Below are positions 62,735 to 64,000 of a stretch of 64,000 nt of DNA, piece after piece (the first letter of the stretch is position 1; every line of letters begins with the position of its first letter). The stretch is taken from NCBI GenBank assembly GCA_027307235.1, contig DAHUXH010000001.1, forward strand, positions 13,609 through 77,608, given 5' to 3'. The notes under the pieces were generated by a model. That model did not search any database. It worked only from the letters and a program-made list of their open reading frames with translations, and had not been told where the DNA came from. The stretch comes from Vulcanimicrobiota bacterium. GTDB lineage: Bacteria; Vulcanimicrobiota; Vulcanimicrobiia; Vulcanimicrobiales; Vulcanimicrobiaceae. A program made the position numbers and the translations under genes.

Positions 62735-63298
62735 ATGATTTCGTCCAACGATTTTCGTAATGGCGTCACTATCGTGCTTGATAACAACCTTTGGACCGTT
62801 ATCGAGTTCTTGCACGTCAAACCCGGCAAGGGGTCGGCCTTCGTCCGCACGCGCCTCAAGAACGTCAAGACGGGAGCGACCGTCGAACGCACGTTCCGCG
62901 CGGGTGAAAAAGTCGAGCGCGCGACCGTCGAGACCCGCCAGATGCAAATGCTCTACAACGACGCCGACGGTTTCCATTTCATGGACCAGGAGTCGTTCGA
63001 GAACATCACGATTCAGCGCGAACTGATCGGCGATCCGGCCGACTTCCTCAAGGACGGCATGGCCGTCGACGTACAGTTTCACGATAGCCTCCCGATCGGT
63101 GTCGCGCTGCCGGCGCACGTGGAGCTGCGCATCGTCGAAACCGACCCCGGCTTCAAAGGTGACACCGCGACCAACACCTTCAAGCCGGCGAAACTCGAGA
63201 CCGGTGCAACGGTGCAGGTGCCGCTGTTCGTCAATCCCGACGATGTGATTCGCATCGACACGCGCGATCGCCGCTACATCGGACGCGTAAACAGCTAG
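62735..63298 (+). CDS. efp: Elongation factor P
   Basis: Start at ATG 62735 (MISSNDFRNGVTIVLDNNLWTVIEFLHVKPGKGSAFVRTRLKNV). Full three-domain EF-P pattern. Confidence 0.93.
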   Translation: MISSNDFRNGVTIVLDNNLWTVIEFLHVKPGKGSAFVRTRLKNVKTGATVERTFRAGEKVERATVETRQMQMLYNDADGFHFMDQESFENITIQRELIGDPADFLKDGMAVDVQFHDSLPIGVALPAHVELRIVETDPGFKGDTATNTFKPAKLETGATVQVPLFVNPDDVIRIDTRDRRYIGRVNS

Positions 63299-64000
63299 GT
63301 GCTGCTCCCGCTCGGACTGTTCGCCGCCGCGCTCGCGGCGAGCGTGTTCGGATCGATGGTGGGTTTGGGAGGCGGGTTCATTTTGGTTCCCATCCTGCGC
63401 CTGGCTTTCGGATTCGCTCCGGCCGAAGCCGCCGGAACCGCGCTCGCGCTCGTCGTCGCCAATAGCGGGGCGGGCGCGACGACATACTTGTTGCAGAAGC
63501 GCGTCCATGTCACCGTCGGCGTCATGCTCGCGCTGGGCGGCATTCCCGGCAGCATACTCGGCGCGATGATCTCGCACGAGATCAGTGCGCTCACGTTCGA
63601 CTGGCTGCTTGCAACATTTCTCGTCGTCGTCGCATCCGACATGGTGCTCAATCGTCACAAACGCGCGGCTCGCGACGAAACGCGCCGGATCACCGAGATG
63701 AAGGGTATGTCCTATCGCGCGAGCGTCGCGGTCGGCTTCCTCGTGGGCATAGCGTCGAGTCTGTTCGGCATCGGGGGCGGCGTGATCGTCGTGCCGACGC
63801 TGCTCTATCTTTCCGAACTTCCCGCGCACGCCATCAGCGCCACCTCGCATTTCGCGATCGTGTTGACGTCGCCGGTCGGATTGGTGACGCACGCGTTCCA
63901 GCACGACATCCGCCTGGCAGACGTGCTGCCGCTGGTCGCGGGCGGCCTGCTTGGCGGTCCGATCGGAGCGCGTCTCTCGTTGCGTTTGAAATCACCGCAA
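63299..64000 (+). CDS. TauE/SafE-family (sulfite exporter-like) membrane protein, truncated by window end
   Basis: Not in the ORF track because no stop lies in the window. GTG 63299 follows the efp stop: VLLPLGLFAAALAASVFGSMVGLGGGFILVPIL...SLFGIGGGVIVVPTLLYL. This is the duplicated GxGGG motif of the TauE family. Confidence 0.75.
   Translation, partial: MLLPLGLFAAALAASVFGSMVGLGGGFILVPILRLAFGFAPAEAAGTALALVVANSGAGATTYLLQKRVHVTVGVMLALGGIPGSILGAMISHEISALTFDWLLATFLVVVASDMVLNRHKRAARDETRRITEMKGMSYRASVAVGFLVGIASSLFGIGGGVIVVPTLLYLSELPAHAISATSHFAIVLTSPVGLVTHAFQHDIRLADVLPLVAGGLLGGPIGARLSLRLKSPQ

Noticed and set aside
62255-63904. 549-aa minus-strand ORF
   Set aside because: It spans the opposite strand of the HPt, efp and TauE-like genes. 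It is Arg/Asp/His-rich with no motif.

Overview
High-GC bacterial chromosomal window. It looks diderm, because two predicted beta-barrel outer-membrane proteins end in aromatic residues. The phylum cannot be assigned from sequence alone. I can support about 66 protein-coding genes, one tRNA-Pro(CGG) and one tmRNA (ssrA). The tmRNA is missing from the ORF track, which places two spurious ORFs over it. There are also several hairpins, palindromes and short repeats.

Layout:
(i) 1-8.9 kb: housekeeping and cell-wall genes (dxs fragment, PAP2, selD, murI, amidase, GerM, bcp) plus an unusual soluble chemoreceptor.
(ii) 9-25.4 kb: a stress/dormancy-type island. It holds phosphoketolase, acetate kinase, phosphotransacylase, two USPs, Hsp20, a BON protein, a PNPOx-like protein, a PRTase, a DLH hydrolase, a P-type ATPase, an ABM protein and a GAF-GGDEF protein.
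(iii) 25.4-32.6 kb: accessory mix. It holds a PEBP protein, a Baeyer-Villiger monooxygenase, a CXXCH-bearing beta-barrel, a cupin-CGNR pair behind a perfect palindrome, two lower-GC membrane proteins and the tmRNA.
(iv) 32.6-38.7 kb: a multi-TM MCP, a DUF360-like membrane protein, uvrC, dedA, a Clp_N-only protein and tRNA-Pro.
(v) 38.7-51.4 kb: a K+/cation cluster. It holds trkA x2, a NarL-type regulator, a TM-GAF histidine kinase, a tandem KdpD-N/Usp protein, the run porin - 28-aa peptide - kdpFABC, and a CPA1 antiporter.
(vi) 51.4-64 kb: a conserved housekeeping block (radical SAM, dapF, miaA, mutL, mutS, miaB, der, plsY, HPt, efp, TauE-like).

I found no CRISPR array, transposase, integrase or rRNA. 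Long ORFs antisense to these genes are treated as high-GC artefacts.

Best candidates for something undescribed:
- the MCPsignal-DctP-MCPsignal soluble receptor;
- the split, duplicated Kdp sensor paired with a NarL-type regulator;
- the extended kdp operon (porin plus extra micro-peptide) with a triplicated 10-12 nt element around its first start codon.

All functional calls come from motif recognition by eye. No database search was run.
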